A stretch of DNA of 64,000 nt from Chiloscyllium plagiosum (taxonomy: Eukaryota), in assembly GCF_004010195.1 (NCBI RefSeq), contig NC_057749.1:5683339-5747338 (forward strand), given 5' to 3'. The notes below the pieces were generated by a model. That model had not been told where the DNA came from. It made no database searches and saw nothing but the letters and a program-made list of their open reading frames with translations. The position numbers and the translations under genes are program-made. Of the stretch, positions 61,343 through 64,000 are shown one piece after another. Within the stretch, counting starts at the first letter, position 1; each line of letters starts with the position of its first letter.

Positions 61343-62462
61343 ATGCATTGGGGGCAGATAAATTTAGGAAAAACGGGGTACAAAAACATAAATATGTAAT
61401 ACATTAAGGAAGAAAAATATCATTCCTCAAATAAGACTTGGAAAAATATAGATTACAAGGTTGTCTGTCCCTCTTGATTATAAAACTCTCAAATAGTTTT
61501 TAAGAATTTAATTAGGTCAATTCAATAAGCAACTGACCCATGACTTTAATACAAAATGTAGAGTGCACAAAATCTTCCACTTTCATTTTATAAATTAAGG
61601 AGACTGACATATTGCAATTATTTATACACTGAGAAGCTCATAGTTGTACATTCCTTATTGCACAGCTCTTTTTATTTTCTGTTTGTTGTGAATGATGATT
61701 ATTCTTTTAACTTTTATCATCACAACAATTTGACAGCTGCCATTTTCACTTTTTGATAAACCAATTAGCTGTCTTCTTAGACACTTAAGGACAATGTGAG
61801 GTTGTGAAAGATGCAACAAAACTCAAGTCATTTCTTTAAACAGTGACCCTTGTTGATTAATGAGTGCCAATTTTGAATTTGTGTTCTCCCCATTCAATCT
61901 TTTTGAATGACCAGCTGAATGATTTTGGAGGGCCTTGTGTCAGGATGTCCCTAACTCTAGGCCAGAAGGCCTGACTTCAAATCCCACCCGCCCCAAACAC
62001 GTCTGTAATAATAAACAAAGAACTGGGATTGCTGGAGATCTGAAACAAAAACGGAAATTGCTGGAGAAACTCAGCAGGTTTGGTAGTATCTGTGGAGACC
62101 AAGAATAGTTATTATTTCAAGGTCAGTAATCCTTCTTCAGAACTGTTAGCAACTAGAAAAAGATGATGTAAATGCTGACCAGATAGTGAGAGGAGAAATA
62201 AAGATAGAGCCCAGAGAGACAGAACAACAGACAGACAGAGGAAGGGCTGAATGATGGTAAGCCAGTCAGAAAGAAAAGCTGGTGATAGGGACCATAAATC
62301 AGCGAAGATGAGTTGGATGTGCCTGTAATATGTCTAAATAGGTAGATTAAATATCTTCAATGTTGCTTGCACTTGTGTGACTGCTCCACAACCTTCGGGG
62401 GAGCTAGTAAACAACATGAAAATGCAGGACTTTTTTCTCAGTGATCCGGATGGAGGAGAAGG

Positions 62463-62553
62463 GCTGAAGAAGGGCTTATGCCCGAAATGTCGATTCTCCT
62501 GCTCCTTTGATGCTGCCTGACCTGCAGCGCTTTTCCAGCAACACATTTTTAAG
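62463..62553 (+). mobile_element. Short PLE pseudo-LTR insert
   Basis: 18-bp TSD tccggatggaggagaagg; CTGAAGA-a-gggcttatgccc-GAAATGTC. Confidence 0.75.
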
Positions 62554-62762
62554 CTCCGGATGGAGGAGAAGGTTTGCCAACACATGAAAGTTAAGGGCTA
62601 CTCTCAACACTGAAGTCGGGTAGTGAGATTTCCGAATGGGAGATCGATCAGTGATTTTCCTGAGAATGTGTCTGATGTGGTGAGCTACACTGTGATGGAA
62701 AACCCGATGCCACAGATTATGCTTTATGCTACGGCTGGAATTCTAAACAATAGTCTTATAAA

Positions 62763-64000
62763 GTCATCGAGTCATACAGCACAGAGACACCACTTCGGTC
62801 AAACCAGTCTATGCCGAACATAATCTCAAACTAATCCCACCTGCCTGCTCCTGGCCCATATCCCTCCAAACCTTTCCCATTCATGTATCCATCCAAATGT
62901 CTTTTAAACGTTGTAATTGTACCCGGATCCATCACTTCATCAGGTAGTTCGTTACACACTTGAACTACCCTCTGTGTAAAATAATTTGCCTCATCACTTT
63001 TTAAAATCTCTCTCCTCTCACCTTAAAAATGTGCCCTCTAGTCTTGAAATTCCCCATCTGAGGGAAAAGACAACTACCATCAACTCTATCTATACCTCTC
63101 CTTATTTTATAAACTTCTTTCAAGTCACCTCTCAACCTCCTGCGCTCCAGTAAGAAAAGTCCCAGCCTATCCAGCCTTTCTTTATTACTCCAACCTTGCA
63201 CACCTGGCAACATCCTGGTAAATCTCTTCTGAACCATCTCGACCTTAATAATATCCTTCCTGTAACTGGGCAACCAGAACTGGACACTGTATTCCAGAAC
63301 AGGCCTCACCAACATCCTGTACAACCTCAACATAATGTCCCAACTCTCATAATCAAAGGACTGAGCAATGAAGGCAAGCATGTCAAATATCTTTTTAACC
63401 ACCCTGTCTATATGTGATACAAACTTTAGAGAATTATGTACCTACACCCCTAGGTTCCTCTGTGCTAATACACGACCTAAGGCCCAACCATGAACTGTAT
63501 AAGCCCTACCCTTGCTTGTTATACCAAAATCCAATACCTTGCATTTATCCATCTGTCATTTTTCAGCCTGCTGATCCACTTGATTGAGATCCTTTTGTAA
63601 TCTTAGTAACCTTCTTTACTGTATATTATGCCACTAATGTTGGTGCCATCCACAAACTTACTAATGATGCCTTCTATATTCTCATCCAAATCACTTATAC
63701 AAATGAAAAACAGAAGAGGATCCAGAACCAAACCCTGTGGAACACTGCTGGTCACAGGCCTCCATTCGGAAAAGCAACGCGCCACCAGTCCTCTCTGTCT
63801 CCTGCCATTAAGCCAATTATGTATCCAATTGGCAAGCTCGCCCTGAATCCCATGTGACCTAACTTTACCAATTAGTCTACCATGCAGAACCTTGTCAAAG
63901 ACTTTATGAAAATCCAAACTCTGCCATCATCAATCTTTTTGGTAACTTCCTCAAAAAACTGAATCAAGCTTGTGAGACACGAATTTCCTAGCACAAAACC
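62763..64000 (-). mobile_element. CR1/HER1 LINE ORF2 3' half, degenerate, runs off the window
   Basis: [56 protein letters not shown]. Confidence 0.9.

Overview
Eukaryotic, AT-rich, repeat-dense genomic DNA. The HE1/V-SINE-type SINEs and HER1/CR1-type LINEs point to a cartilaginous fish (shark); this is inferred, not proven. The only protein-coding gene I can support is the 5' half of a dual oxidase (DUOX, DUOX1/DUOX2-like) on the minus strand. It has 16 coding exons from the ATG at 54409 down to 1659, all GT-AG and phase-compatible, totalling 2139 nt (713 aa): signal peptide, peroxidase-homology domain, first TM helix and start of the cytosolic region. A probable non-coding first exon with a TATA box lies at about 58136-58264. 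The gene runs off the left edge, so the EF-hand, NOX and dehydrogenase exons are absent. Introns are filled with CR1-type LINE fragments (some nested), tRNA-derived SINEs, Penelope-like element (PLE) derivatives, solo LTRs, a 31-bp minisatellite and a 749-N gap. Two non-coding signals stand out. (1) Short PLE-derived inserts with long TSDs carry minimal type-I hammerhead ribozyme motifs, two of them intact-core and in the DUOX pre-mRNA sense. (2) An ~200-bp A-tailed, hairpin-ended retroposon has four copies here, all at the same TATA-proximal site of one solo-LTR family, suggesting a target-specific element parasitising another transposon. Exon numbers follow human DUOX2; human exon sizes and reference motifs are recalled from memory. 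Repeat boundaries are approximate and family names are by eye, not by database search.
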